Part shown: piece after piece, positions 20,949 through 31,215 of the stretch
Position numbering within the stretch: position 1 is the first letter of the stretch
Layout: each line of letters opens with the position of its first letter
IMG/VR virus record: IMGVR_UViG_3300050190_000082
Coordinates: 89,760 to 153,759 of that record
Length of the DNA stretch: 64,000 nt
DNA from: a virus
Reading direction: 5' to 3' (one strand)
Position numbers and translations under genes: made by a program
The notes under the pieces: generated by a model
The model's input: only the letters and a program-made list of their open reading frames with translations
Told to the model about the DNA's origin: nothing
Databases searched by the model: none

Positions 20949-21371
20949 TCAAATCATCTTCTTCATCAAACCATCATACTTTTTGTAAATATCCTTAACC
21001 ATTTTCCTATGTAACCCAATACATCCCTTTTTAACGTCTTTCCATTCAACTGAATAATTGTAGAGATATAACGAAAGAATATCTCTACCCAAATCTAAAT
21101 TTCTCTTTTGAAGTTTAGCTAAATTATCCAAATGCTCTTTTTCACTAAGCTCTACAACTTCCCAATCTAAATTATCATATTTAGATATAGCATTTAATTC
21201 TCGCAATTTCATGACTTTTAGTTCAGCATTTTCCTTTACTAGATTGCCTGAGATTGCAAATTCATCTGATATATAAGTCCATTTCCAATCTGACTTTTCT
21301 TCCATAGAACAGATTTTGATTTTTCCTTCAAATCTCCCATTAGAATCCTTAACACAATAAATCTTTTCCAT
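20949..21371 (-). CDS. Hypothetical protein with own sigma-A promoter
   Basis: 140 aa, GAGGGG RBS. Confidence 0.7.
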   Translation of the reverse strand: MEKIYCVKDSNGRFEGKIKICSMEEKSDWKWTYISDEFAISGNLVKENAELKVMKLRELNAISKYDNLDWEVVELSEKEHLDNLAKLQKRNLDLGRDILSLYLYNYSVEWKDVKKGCIGLHRKMVKDIYKKYDGLMKKMI

Positions 21372-21432
21372 TATGTATTCCCCTCTACTAGTTTATTATG
21401 AAGCTGAATGTTTTTCTCAACCTCATAATACT

Positions 21433-21461
21433 AGTATAAGGGTAAAAGTATTGAATGTCAA
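21433..21461 (-). promoter_or_regulatory. Sigma-A type promoter
   Basis: TTGACA-17-TATACT. Confidence 0.7.
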
Positions 21462-21492
21462 TACTTTAGTTAAACAATTATTTACTTTATTA

Positions 21493-21714
21493 TTATTCTA
21501 AATAAAATATTTCATTAAAATTCATTCCTAATACATATGCTATTTTCAAACCAACATCAGCGCTTGTGTTGAATCTATTTTTAACTAAATTAGACATAGT
21601 TTGTTTGGATACTCCAACCTGCAAAGCAAGCCAGTTCTGTTTTAAACCTCTATCTGATAATATCTGTTCCAATCTATTTTTAACTATTGCATTTTCTATA
21701 TCCACATCAATCAC
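21493..21714 (-). CDS. XRE/Cro-type HTH regulator
   Basis: NRL..IL..RGLKQ.WLA..VGVSKQTMS. Confidence 0.85.
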   Translation of the reverse strand: MIDVDIENAIVKNRLEQILSDRGLKQNWLALQVGVSKQTMSNLVKNRFNTSADVGLKIAYVLGMNFNEIFYLE

Positions 21715-21873
21715 TCCATCCTTTAAATATATTATACCATATGCTATAAGTACATATGTATTAATAAGAAAGGAGAATATTTAACCTTATGATGTAATTA
21801 TATTACTATTTTTAGTGGATGTAAATATAAATTATATATTAGTTATATTATTCTTAGAATTCAAAACCAAACA

Positions 21874-22458
21874 TTAATCAAACAATGGCATATACATTGG
21901 AGTGCAACCTTCGCTATAATCATCCTGCAAAGATTTCTATTCTCCTAATGGCATAAAACCATTTCTCAAATAGAAATTATAAGCATCTGGCACTGAATGT
22001 AACACTATCATTTTAACACCTAATGTCTCCATAGAAATAGTATAAATACCTGCTATAATCGAACCTAAAATTATACAGCTAATTAAAAAATTATCCTCAG
22101 ATACATCATCGTAATATAATAAATCTTGATAAGTTGTATTTACAGCAAACATCTTTATCTCAACAGATGACATACCACGAACAGTGACATTATCATCTGT
22201 ATCAGTTTGTGATGTTTGCTTTTCTTCAAAATACAAAAGAGAAGTAGAAGCTAATGTATAATATGCTATTAAACAATTATTCCTTTTATTAACAACTAAA
22301 TAAGTAACACCGTTTCCACATTCACTGTCCTCAAGAGCATCTTCTTTTACATAACGATCAATTTCATCATCTCCACAATGAAAGTCATTTAATAAATATA
22401 CAGATTCGGAATTTAGAAGGATTGCTTTGCATTCAAACTCATATATTACAGGAAGCAT
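21874..22458 (-). pseudogene. GNAT acetyltransferase (putative toxin) with in-frame TAG at 21937-21939
   Basis: FHCG..ID.Y, IAYYTL, EIKMFAV, FY.RNGF motifs; frame continues past TAG as KSLQDDYSEGCTPMYMPLFD. Confidence 0.7.
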
Positions 22459-22462
22459 AGTT

Positions 22463-22615
22463 TTAATTACCTTTAGTTATCATTTTTGAAAATCTTAAAC
22501 ATTGCTTGAGAAATGATGGAGAAATAACATTTTTCTTACTATCCTCTAAAAATTTCTTTGATTTATTCTTATCAATTATGATCATTGAATTACTAGGTCT
22601 TGCTAATAATGTCAT
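22463..22615 (-). CDS. Small basic protein, putative antitoxin of the GNAT
   Basis: Likely start MTLLARP after AGGGGG RBS; 4 nt from GNAT start. Confidence 0.55.
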   Translation of the reverse strand: MTLLARPSNSMIIIDKNKSKKFLEDSKKNVISPSFLKQCLRFSKMITKGN

Positions 22616-22741
22616 ATCATTTCCCCCTTTGTTTTTAATTTTACGTTTATTCTTGTCCATGTTATTATACCACCTTCCAATTGTTCTTACAATATAGTAT
22701 GCCCATATTAGAACAATTTAGAAGTGGTAGGGAATAAAATT

Positions 22742-22978
22742 TCATTCCTTGGAGTTACTATCTTTCTTTCTTCTGGAAGACATAATTCTAAATATCTCTT
22801 TTTCTTCTTCAGTTTCTACATAGATATCACCATAATATTTATAGACTGCTTCACGCTTTTCTTTATCAAAAATCATATCACTAAATGTAATACCACTTAT
22901 TCCTCTAGTCTTCTTTGTTTGTTCATTAAATTCTATCATATCTTCTTTGGAAAAATTAGATAATTTATTCTTCCTCAT
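22742..22978 (-). CDS. Hypothetical protein
   Basis: 78 aa, overlaps upstream gene, AAGGAG RBS. Confidence 0.55.
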   Translation of the reverse strand: MRKNKLSNFSKEDMIEFNEQTKKTRGISGITFSDMIFDKEKREAVYKYYGDIYVETEEEKEIFRIMSSRRKKDSNSKE

Positions 22979-23468
22979 CCTTTAATTGCTCCTTTAAATC
23001 CCACCATGATTTCTTTGGTATTTTACCTTCACGCATGAGCTTCATCTCAATTAAGGACTGCTCCAAACTTTCTAGTGGCGTACAGTATCTTTCACAGTTT
23101 TCATCTTTATCTTTATTCATCTCATTGAGCAAACTTAAACTAGCTTTTCCTGAATATTTACCCATAATCTGTTTCAATTCTGCTTTCTTTTTAGACGTTA
23201 ATCCAGCACTATCTTTAATGGTATAACCTACATTTAAATCATTAACTTCAACAATATAATCTGCCCAATACTCAGAATCCCAATGATAAATATAAACTGG
23301 GTCATCATTAATCTGTTTTTTTAATTTACTTAGCATCAAATTAATATATTCAGGAGATGCACTATATTTAGTCTCTAAATGTTCTTTGACTTCATTTAAG
23401 AAAATCTTATCATATTCATTATTATCATCCATATTGTATTGACACCACCTTCTACTATATTGTAACAT
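22965..23468 (-). CDS. Hypothetical protein (true start probably slightly downstream)
   Basis: 167 aa ORF; promoter overlaps annotated start. Confidence 0.6.
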   Translation of the reverse strand: MLQYSRRWCQYNMDDNNEYDKIFLNEVKEHLETKYSASPEYINLMLSKLKKQINDDPVYIYHWDSEYWADYIVEVNDLNVGYTIKDSAGLTSKKKAELKQIMGKYSGKASLSLLNEMNKDKDENCERYCTPLESLEQSLIEMKLMREGKIPKKSWWDLKEQLKDEEE

Positions 23469-23487
23469 TTTATGGAGTGTATGTCAA
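23459..23487 (-). promoter_or_regulatory. Sigma-A type promoter
   Basis: TTGACA-17-TACAAT. Confidence 0.7.
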
Positions 23488-23803
23488 TATAATATTATAT
23501 ATAGTTAATGGGCTTGCATTAGATCAAACATCTTCACAATCTAAATTCCTACAAAACGATCAGTACACCCCTTTATATTTAAAAGATATACAAATCTAGG
23601 TCCCGCACCTCAAACCCTTATCAGCACTAGGTTTCATTCAATTTTAAGCCCTAAAAAGAGGCATATAGGTCACACCTAAATACATCTCTATGCACAAATA
23701 CTAACCAGCGTATATATAATATATTATATATAACTTGTAAAATTGAACATTTTCCTATATAATGGTAATATCCAATAGAAAGGAGTGATTAATATTATTA
23801 GAG

Positions 23804-24781
23804 ATGGACCATAAATTAGCGTATCCACAAAATTATAAAAACAAGAAGGAGAGATGTTTAATGACAGAAAAGTATGAACAATTAAAATGGGATATTGTAT
23901 GTACTGGAAATGAGGTAATGATTTCAGACACAACAATTAAAATTCAAGAGATATATGGAGGATTTGGTCAAGGACAGAAAATACTAACAGTACAACAAAT
24001 TGCTTTATTACACGTAGAAGATCCAAGTAACAAAGAAGAGGTTAGAGTTAAGGTAAAAAGAATTAACGAGCTTATTAGTAATAATATAATTCTAGGCAGT
24101 GGTGACAAATACTTCGAATTTGGAATTGATATTATTGACTTAAAATCCGTGGACGTTTCAAACGACCACAAAAAAGTGATTAATAGTTTGATTAAAAGCA
24201 AGGTATATACCCAAAATTCTGTAAATCGTGCTACGAATTTATTTATATTGTCAGAACAAGGGTATTCTCTATTAATCAATCTAATGACAGATACTAAATC
24301 TAAAATTGTTTATAAAATGGTAATTAGGGATTACTTTAAAATTAAAGATCAAATGCTTAGTAGTGAAGACGCTGCTCAGTATATGATGAGACTTTTGGGA
24401 AAACAAGAGAGAAAGAAAACGACTGATATGATTCAGTATTTTGTAGAGCGTGGTGATATTCCACATGATCCTAAAAATATTAAAAGGAACGCTTACGCAA
24501 GGGAAACGAACTTTGTTTATAAATTGCTATTTGGTATGACTGCTAAAGAAATTGAGTCATACTTTGGCTTAACGCTTAAACCCAATGACACTATTAGGAA
24601 TCATATATCACTAGATGATATAGATATTATACGGGATATTGAAGGAAGAATTGGATATATGCAACAAGACAATAAAAGCTACCAAGAAATACACAGTAGA
24701 TTAAAGGAGTTGCACCCGTTGCCTAGAAGACCAATACTTGCAGATAAAAATATAGCATTTATTAGAAGGTTAATTGGATAG
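23804..24781 (+). CDS. ORF6N-type phage antirepressor-like DNA-binding protein
   Basis: I.GGFG.GQK.L...IA.LH...RINELI..N...F..GID.IDLK...FILSEQGY..LI..M; likely start MTEKY. Confidence 0.75.
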   Translation: MDHKLAYPQNYKNKKERCLMTEKYEQLKWDIVCTGNEVMISDTTIKIQEIYGGFGQGQKILTVQQIALLHVEDPSNKEEVRVKVKRINELISNNIILGSGDKYFEFGIDIIDLKSVDVSNDHKKVINSLIKSKVYTQNSVNRATNLFILSEQGYSLLINLMTDTKSKIVYKMVIRDYFKIKDQMLSSEDAAQYMMRLLGKQERKKTTDMIQYFVERGDIPHDPKNIKRNAYARETNFVYKLLFGMTAKEIESYFGLTLKPNDTIRNHISLDDIDIIRDIEGRIGYMQQDNKSYQEIHSRLKELHPLPRRPILADKNIAFIRRLIG

Positions 24782-24811
24782 TAACCAAACGAGATGATAT
24801 CATTCATTTAT

Positions 24812-24845
24812 AGAGACTTCAGTTGGATGAAGTCTCTTTCCTTTA
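24812..24845 (+). terminator. Intrinsic terminator
   Basis: AGAGACTTCA/TGAAGTCTCT hairpin after gene end. Confidence 0.6.
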
Positions 24846-25026
24846 TCACTTTTCATCACAAATTCAACCTTCTAAGCCACGCAAAATTCAATACTACACA
24901 ATCTTACCCTTAATGAATTTGAATTGATTTGAGGGTTGATTTAGTGAATATGTAATTCTGAAAGTCGCATGGGAGTAGGGTTTGAGAGGAGGGGGTTTTT
25001 AGGAAAGTGGTGAGATGATGGTATGA

Positions 25027-26121
25027 TTATTCCTCTTCTTTAACTTCTTCCTCAATAACCTCTCTGTTAGTTTCAATAACTTTCATTTTCTTTAACATTC
25101 CATTCTTTTCTTCGGCAAATGTTCTCAAGTCATAGAAACTGGATGTGGTGCTAATGTCATTATGTTGTCCTATATGTTTACTAACAAATTTTAAATCCAT
25201 TCCACCTGCCAAGTAATGACTTATAGCTGAAGCTTTAAATAAATGCGGATTTATTCTTCGTCCTAAAATATCAGATAAAACATTTGCACACAAATCATCA
25301 GCCCATCCTAAAGATATTTGATGATATTCTCCATTAAATTTCACTGTAAATAGATACTCATGTTCATACCCTCTTTTTTCAACCCATAAGTTTAAGTAAT
25401 ACAAAACTGCTACAGGCACTATATACTCGCATTGCTTTCCATCCTCACTAGGGCCTTTCTCGCGTACTGTATTTGACATTACATATTCTTGACCTTCTTC
25501 TACTGGTTTAGATATAATCTCGGTTTTAAAACCTCTAAGACCACCTCTTCTAGCACCAGTATTAAATGCACACGCTACCCATGCAACTGCAAGGTAATTT
25601 TTATCTTCCATAAGAGTGTCTATTAAAAGTTTATATTCTATTTCTGATATTGCAATTTTATTATAGACATAATTCTTAGGAATTTTAATGTCTGTTTTTG
25701 TGAAGTTATGAAAAGTCTTATACTCATCTACTTCCTCTGATAGAATTCTTTCTGCATATTCACAAATTGTACTTACAGAACTTTTCTTGAATCTTATACC
25801 TGAACTAGACATACCTCTATTAATTAAATAACTCAAATATCTATTAAAATCTCTCTTAGTAATATTAAAAAATGCCTTATCATTTAAACATGTTTTAACC
25901 CACCATGTGAACTGTTTGATTCCACTCCGATACTGATCTTTAGTTTGTTTTGATAAGAGAGGATGCATTTCTTGAAATTCTTTAATGAGTTTTAAATTCT
26001 CTTCATTGCATTCTTCAAACATCTCATTTGTTACTTCTGGCAATTTATCTGGTCTTGCTCTGAGCATATTTTTATTGATTATTGCTTTTGGGATTGAGGT
26101 AGCTTTTTCCGCGTCTGACAT
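25027..26121 (-). CDS. Tyrosine recombinase (SPbeta YomM-like)
   Basis: TGAR, REKG, NPHLFK, QHNDISTT..FY motifs; location inside tail module. Confidence 0.85.
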   Translation of the reverse strand: MSDAEKATSIPKAIINKNMLRARPDKLPEVTNEMFEECNEENLKLIKEFQEMHPLLSKQTKDQYRSGIKQFTWWVKTCLNDKAFFNITKRDFNRYLSYLINRGMSSSGIRFKKSSVSTICEYAERILSEEVDEYKTFHNFTKTDIKIPKNYVYNKIAISEIEYKLLIDTLMEDKNYLAVAWVACAFNTGARRGGLRGFKTEIISKPVEEGQEYVMSNTVREKGPSEDGKQCEYIVPVAVLYYLNLWVEKRGYEHEYLFTVKFNGEYHQISLGWADDLCANVLSDILGRRINPHLFKASAISHYLAGGMDLKFVSKHIGQHNDISTTSSFYDLRTFAEEKNGMLKKMKVIETNREVIEEEVKEEE

Positions 26122-27791
26122 TAATTCACCATCCTTAGTTTATTTACTATATATTTAGCTTTATCTGTTCTTATTTTTGTTGCGGTTATTTTATTGAAAC
26201 CATTTTTACAATTAATCAAATCAGAGAGATATAATAATTCTTGCTCTTGAATAATAAAATTAGTGTCCAAACAATACTCATAAAAACACAACCTTGCATC
26301 AATATAAGTTCCAAAGTGCTTTTTAGTAGCTTCTGCTAAACCAGTAATGTTCCTGTCAAAAGAAGACATCTTTTTATATTCATTATTCTTCAATATGTGA
26401 TTATAAGTTTCAAGCATGTGCTTAAAACCATCAAATATATTATTTTTATTCCATTTATTAACCTGATAAGATGTAAATTTACCGTATTTTTTAGCAAAAT
26501 TATAATAAGTTCCATATCTCTTCAAAGCTTCTAGAAATAATCTGCTTTTGCCATTTTTACTCAACACTCCTTGTGTTGGTAGTATACTTTTGTCGTAACC
26601 ATATCTCATTATTTCTTGTAACAGTTCTATATCGTTAAATTTGTTAGGTGGTATTATAATTTCTTGCTCAATATGCTCACATTTTAAGTCTATAAAGTCT
26701 TTAAAAATATCCTTTAAACTAATCAAAATGTCATTGTAATGTTGTTTGTAAAACGTTTCATAATCTATACTTATCAATCTATAATTATTATCCTTATATA
26801 GTTTCTCCTTTAATTTACGTTTATTATTATAAACAATCCCTCTTTTAGTAACGTCATCATCCTTTGGAAAGCCCCATACCTCTATTTGAATAATTTCTCC
26901 ACTAGATAAATGAATAGCAAAATCACTTCTATAATTTTTGTATTTACCTTCAAATGGGTGATCTTCTCTAGTATAAAACATGTTGTTAGTTATTAAATAC
27001 TGTGCTGTCATGTACTCACAAGATGATCTATTATAAAACCCCCTGTCATCCACCAAGTCATCTTTATCTTCGTAACCCATATCGAATTTAATATTTTTAA
27101 TACCATCAAATTTAAATAATCGTTCATTAGAAATATGTAATATACTTAAAACTTCCTGCTGTTTTGGAAATCTTCCTAGTTCGATACATAATTCTTTTAT
27201 ATCGTGTTTCATATTATCATAATTGTCATAATAAGTATCTTCTCTTTCAAACCTTAGTAGTTTTGTATAGTCGTATCCTAATTCAATGCATAAATCCTTA
27301 ATATTCTCACCATAATCTTGCATGACAGTATGTAGTATAGAGCCTTCTTTATTATTTTGAATACCATGAATAGTTTCATATTTATCTATATATATTTTCA
27401 GTTCTTTCAATCTATTCTCTTTGAATGTCCAATATCCTTTATCATTTCTTGTTAAAACATTATTGTTAAATTTATATTCTATTATTTCTCTTTTTTTTAA
27501 TTGGACACAGTTAATACAACAATATTTTTTAATAATATCATTTACTGTTAAACTTTTAAAATAATCTTTATAAGTTATTTGTTTTTCTCCACCGCAATAA
27601 TCACACTTTACTTCTACTAAATTTTTAGATGATGGTGTTAAGTGTTCCACTTTTATTAGTATTCTCGATCCTCTTTTATATGTCATTTTCTTCGTATATT
27701 TATTATAGAACCTTGGCTTATATCCTAACTCTTCTAATCTGTTAATATTCTCTGGGTTAATACCCATTTCTACCTCTGTACTAATTAACAT
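26121..27791 (-). CDS. Putative free-standing endonuclease (shared N-terminal Zn module, homing-endonuclease-associated repeats, PD-(D/E)XK-like domain)
   Basis: VEVKCDYCG; ELGRFP repeat; RSSCE..SDF..IEVWG..K..LY. Confidence 0.7.
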   Translation of the reverse strand: MLISTEVEMGINPENINRLEELGYKPRFYNKYTKKMTYKRGSRILIKVEHLTPSSKNLVEVKCDYCGGEKQITYKDYFKSLTVNDIIKKYCCINCVQLKKREIIEYKFNNNVLTRNDKGYWTFKENRLKELKIYIDKYETIHGIQNNKEGSILHTVMQDYGENIKDLCIELGYDYTKLLRFEREDTYYDNYDNMKHDIKELCIELGRFPKQQEVLSILHISNERLFKFDGIKNIKFDMGYEDKDDLVDDRGFYNRSSCEYMTAQYLITNNMFYTREDHPFEGKYKNYRSDFAIHLSSGEIIQIEVWGFPKDDDVTKRGIVYNNKRKLKEKLYKDNNYRLISIDYETFYKQHYNDILISLKDIFKDFIDLKCEHIEQEIIIPPNKFNDIELLQEIMRYGYDKSILPTQGVLSKNGKSRLFLEALKRYGTYYNFAKKYGKFTSYQVNKWNKNNIFDGFKHMLETYNHILKNNEYKKMSSFDRNITGLAEATKKHFGTYIDARLCFYEYCLDTNFIIQEQELLYLSDLINCKNGFNKITATKIRTDKAKYIVNKLRMVN

Positions 27792-27800
27792 TTACAAACA

Positions 27801-27881
27801 TCTCCTTTAATATTGTCCTTAAAAAGTAAAGCAGGAAGGCGTTAAGGAAAACGCTTTTCGTGTAGCTATTCACTATCCTGC
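27801..27881 (-). promoter_or_regulatory. Structured 5' leader, copy D
   Basis: P1 GCAGGA/UCCUGC; P2 GUG/CAC with UAGCUA loop; P3 GCGUU/AACGC with loop UUCCUU complementary to two downstream AAGGA, the second being the RBS. Confidence 0.7.
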
Positions 27882-27956
27882 AATTGTGCTAATTTATTGC
27901 ACAACAAAAAAGACACTCTAATGAATGTCTCAAGTTCTAAAATAAATTATTATTTA

Positions 27957-28469
27957 CTATTTGGTTTTTTTATCTTTTAATAATTTCTTTGCTTTCTTAC
28001 GCTCTCTTTGCCCTTTTTCAATAATGCTATATTCCTGCCACCCATTATCCAACGTACAATGTCCAATCCAACGATAATCAATTTCAGGGAATTTGTAGTG
28101 GAATAGCTTTTTTTTGAGCTTGGCTACTGGATCTATCATTCCCCCTTTGACATCCCAGACAATTACTGAATTATCAGAGTAGGTAAGAACATAGTCAGCA
28201 ACATAATTTACAGCTAAAATATTTTTATCATTGTATTTATATTTAGGTTGTAATTCATATTTGATTTGTCTTTTGCAATCTATAATTGATCTATCTTCTA
28301 ATCCTATTTCTATTACTTCTTTATAAAAACGCATCTCAAGCAAACTATCATACTGAACTCCTTTATATGTACGCTTTAATTTCCCTTCGTCACTAAGGTC
28401 AACATGAAATTTACTATACTTTTTCTTCTTAGCTATTTTAAACACTCCTAATATTATAAATAAAGGCAT
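27957..28469 (-). CDS. DUF1064-like PD-(D/E)XK nuclease
   Basis: YDS..E.RFY, RQ.KYELQP, YVADY, DVKG motifs; probable true start further downstream (ATA GCT AAG). Confidence 0.75.
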   Translation of the reverse strand: MPLFIILGVFKIAKKKKYSKFHVDLSDEGKLKRTYKGVQYDSLLEMRFYKEVIEIGLEDRSIIDCKRQIKYELQPKYKYNDKNILAVNYVADYVLTYSDNSVIVWDVKGGMIDPVAKLKKKLFHYKFPEIDYRWIGHCTLDNGWQEYSIIEKGQRERKKAKKLLKDKKTK

Positions 28470-28512
28470 GTCATTATAAACGCACCTTTATTATATATAA
28501 TCCACAATTCTA

Positions 28513-29271
28513 TCAAATTAGTTCTTTATTGCTACCACCATCTAGTAACTTTCCATATTTAACATTCAGTTGGTGCTTCACATAATCATATTTGAACCCC
28601 AATGCAGTCAAAGCTGTTACAATTGTTTCTGCTTCATCTACTATTTTTAATTCTTCTTGAGTCAAATAATCTCTTGTTAAATCACTTTTCTTATTTATAT
28701 TTCTAGTTTCTCTTATCTTTTTAGCAGTCATATTAAATAAAATCTTATAAACCATATCTGTATAATTAGAATAAGTAAAATGTTTTGCATTTGGGATGTA
28801 AGTTTGAATGCTAGATGTCATCCTCTTTCTATCTATTTTAGATACTTCTCTTTGTAAATTCCATTCTTCTTTTTTCTTTAAGAATACCTGTGCTAAAACG
28901 TCTTTAGCTTTCATTTGATATTCTACTAATCTCTCAACAACTTCAGATTGTTTTTTAATCATATTAGGAGTAATTGAAATTTTTGCTAAGAATAAAGGTA
29001 AATAATCTAGTTCCATACATAAAGATTGCTGATTACCACCCTTTGTAGGGAGTTGCAAATTTGCAATACCTCTCATTAGTACAGTATCATCTTGAACTTT
29101 TCTAGTAAAACTTTGCCATTGACCTTCTGTCATTCCAATTCCCATATAGATTGGTTTAAGCCCAACATAAGTTTTATTTTGTTTTATATGTTGTACCACT
29201 AATATTTGATCTCCTAGAAATTCGATTTCGGCAACTTTAAAATCACCTAGTTTTACTAATTCATTTTTCAC
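28513..29271 (-). CDS. Phage antirepressor (P22 Ant N-terminal domain)
   Basis: F.GD.I...YVG.K.I..GIG...LPT.GG.Q..LC.ELDYLPLFLAKISIT. Confidence 0.85.
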   Translation of the reverse strand: MKNELVKLGDFKVAEIEFLGDQILVVQHIKQNKTYVGLKPIYMGIGMTEGQWQSFTRKVQDDTVLMRGIANLQLPTKGGNQQSLCMELDYLPLFLAKISITPNMIKKQSEVVERLVEYQMKAKDVLAQVFLKKKEEWNLQREVSKIDRKRMTSSIQTYIPNAKHFTYSNYTDMVYKILFNMTAKKIRETRNINKKSDLTRDYLTQEELKIVDEAETIVTALTALGFKYDYVKHQLNVKYGKLLDGGSNKELI

Positions 29272-29282
29272 AATGAATCTCC

Positions 29283-29345
29283 TTGCTCATTTTATTGTGG
29301 AAGTACGAGCAATACTTATCAGTGCGTTTATAGCAACCTATCCTT
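29283..29345 (-). promoter_or_regulatory. Structured 5' leader, copy E
   Basis: GGAUAG start; hairpin AAGUA/UACUU with loop UUGCUCG complementary to GAGCAA abutting GGAG RBS. Confidence 0.6.
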
Positions 29346-29429
29346 GTATCATCTTTGTGACACAACAAAAAACACCTCTTGAGTAGAAGAGATGTATTTT
29401 AGTCAATCACAAATATTCACTTATATTCC

Positions 29430-29963
29430 TTATAATTCCCACAAATTATGATTCTCTGTTAACCTAACTTCTGTGCTAAATGACAATCCAGTAGGAGTCA
29501 CATCCCCAGCATCCCTATCACTTCTTAAAATAATTCCTTCATCTCGATAGCTCATATCTACAAGTGCAGAGCATATAATTTTCCCATGTTCTTCCCATAA
29601 ATCTGGAATTCTTTTTAATCCTATTAATTCTCTTAATCCATTTAAAGCAAACCCAACGTCTTGTAAATAATCATATTTTTCTCCAATATGGGACTTTGCA
29701 TAATTAACTGCTTTTTGTCTTTGCTCATCTGTAATATTTACTACAGAAAATACTGCGTAGCGTTCATAATGAATAGGATTTTCTACTACCCCATTTGGCA
29801 TTGCTTCAATAATTGTGTTCTCTCCTGAAACTATTGCAGAATGAGCAAAACTTCCTTGTTCCCCTGTCATAATAATTTCTGATATTGGATTATTATCTTG
29901 AGTCAGTATAAAATCACCTGCTTTTGCCATTTTGTCCATCACCTCTTTATTAACATTAATCAT
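29430..29963 (-). CDS. Permuted papain-like NlpC/P60 (YiiX/YebB family) protein
   Basis: GD.IL, HSAI, IEA, G.KYD, CSALV, VTP motifs. Confidence 0.85.
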   Translation of the reverse strand: MINVNKEVMDKMAKAGDFILTQDNNPISEIIMTGEQGSFAHSAIVSGENTIIEAMPNGVVENPIHYERYAVFSVVNITDEQRQKAVNYAKSHIGEKYDYLQDVGFALNGLRELIGLKRIPDLWEEHGKIICSALVDMSYRDEGIILRSDRDAGDVTPTGLSFSTEVRLTENHNLWEL

Positions 29964-30062
29964 TTAAAACTGGACTTTGATTGGGATTGTTTAATGTAAA
30001 AGGGATAAAAAAAGAGAAGTGAGTAGGAGTTTTAATTCCTCTCCTTCTCTTTAATAGGATTA

Positions 30063-30407
30063 TTATTTAGTTGCTTTATACTGACTATACAAAACAGCAA
30101 AAGTACAATTTTTATTAGCATCAGTAATCACTGGATTTTCAATAATCTCATCTAAACGGAAAATTAAATTCTGATCAATTACTCCATTACATTCGAATAA
30201 GGTTATGCTTTGTAATTTCATAATCGCAGTTTTTGTTTCGTCATTGTAAAATCCGTTTTCCTCTAATTTAGATTCGTTGATTCCAATTTGATTCAATTGT
30301 TGCTGAATTTGCAATACTTGTTTTGAAAAAGGAATATCAAGTATATTTTCCACTACTTTTAATATCTCTCCTGCAACTCCAGCAACTTTCTTATTTGCTT
30401 TTACCAT
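30063..30407 (-). CDS. Peptidoglycan-binding-domain-like protein
   Basis: V.QIQQQLN..G....L.ENG.Y..ETK.AI..LQ......NGVI. Confidence 0.6.
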   Translation of the reverse strand: MVKANKKVAGVAGEILKVVENILDIPFSKQVLQIQQQLNQIGINESKLEENGFYNDETKTAIMKLQSITLFECNGVIDQNLIFRLDEIIENPVITDANKNCTFAVLYSQYKATK

Positions 30408-30473
30408 AAATTTACCTCATTATCTTAGGAGAGACAACGGGTAATCTCTCCTAATCGTTTACTAAAATGTTAT

Positions 30474-31193
30474 TTATGCCACTACTCTAGGAACGGTAAT
30501 ATATTGACCAAAATCATTACTATTTAATGGCGTTGTTAACATGAAGTTTAGCGGAATTACTGCTTCTTTACCTGGAGCAAAGGAGGCTGACATATTACCA
30601 TCACATGTAGCTTGGTAGAAGTTAAGGTAAATATCACTTATAATAGCTTGGGTTGCAGGTGAATATGCTATACTATGAGCAAATATTTTATAAGCTTTAG
30701 GGAACTTGTCTGCACTCAAATTCGTAATATTACCTGTTACAAGAGAATCATAAACTACTGTTACCCAACCATCCTCTGGAGGCGTTGTTACTGTTATTTC
30801 TTTAAGGGCAACAGTTCCAGAATATTGTTTATTTTGAGCATCAAAAATCGTAGCAGTTGTTCCAGAAGGGGTTCCAACTACAGTTACTACGCCACCAACC
30901 ATTTGTAATTTTTCATTAATTTTAACTGTCGCCGTTCCACTTGAGTCCGTTGTACCAGACAAAATAGAAATTAAACTATCTCCCCAAAAAAGAGGTTCTA
31001 CTGAGAATGTTTGCTCATTACTATCTTGTAATACATACTTAGGCATGTTGCCAATTCCACCCCGTAGAATGGTGCTAGTTAATTTTTTGACCCAATCTGT
31101 TTTTGAGTTGATCCCTAAGAAAAACACATTTGCAGGAGTTTGGATATCTACGAGAAATACCTCAAATACGTCTTTTAATACAATATTGTCCAT
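30474..31193 (-). CDS. Major tail tube protein (putative)
   Basis: LRGGIGN motif, ADKFPK; synteny with SPbeta-like tail module. Confidence 0.7.
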   Translation of the reverse strand: MDNIVLKDVFEVFLVDIQTPANVFFLGINSKTDWVKKLTSTILRGGIGNMPKYVLQDSNEQTFSVEPLFWGDSLISILSGTTDSSGTATVKINEKLQMVGGVVTVVGTPSGTTATIFDAQNKQYSGTVALKEITVTTPPEDGWVTVVYDSLVTGNITNLSADKFPKAYKIFAHSIAYSPATQAIISDIYLNFYQATCDGNMSASFAPGKEAVIPLNFMLTTPLNSNDFGQYITVPRVVA

Positions 31194-31215
31194 TATTTAC
31201 TTTCCCCCTTATTTT

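Noticed and set aside
16855-24781. Arbitrium aimR/aimP system expected in SPbeta-like phages
   Set aside because: No TPR regulator or signal-peptide propeptide recognisable here
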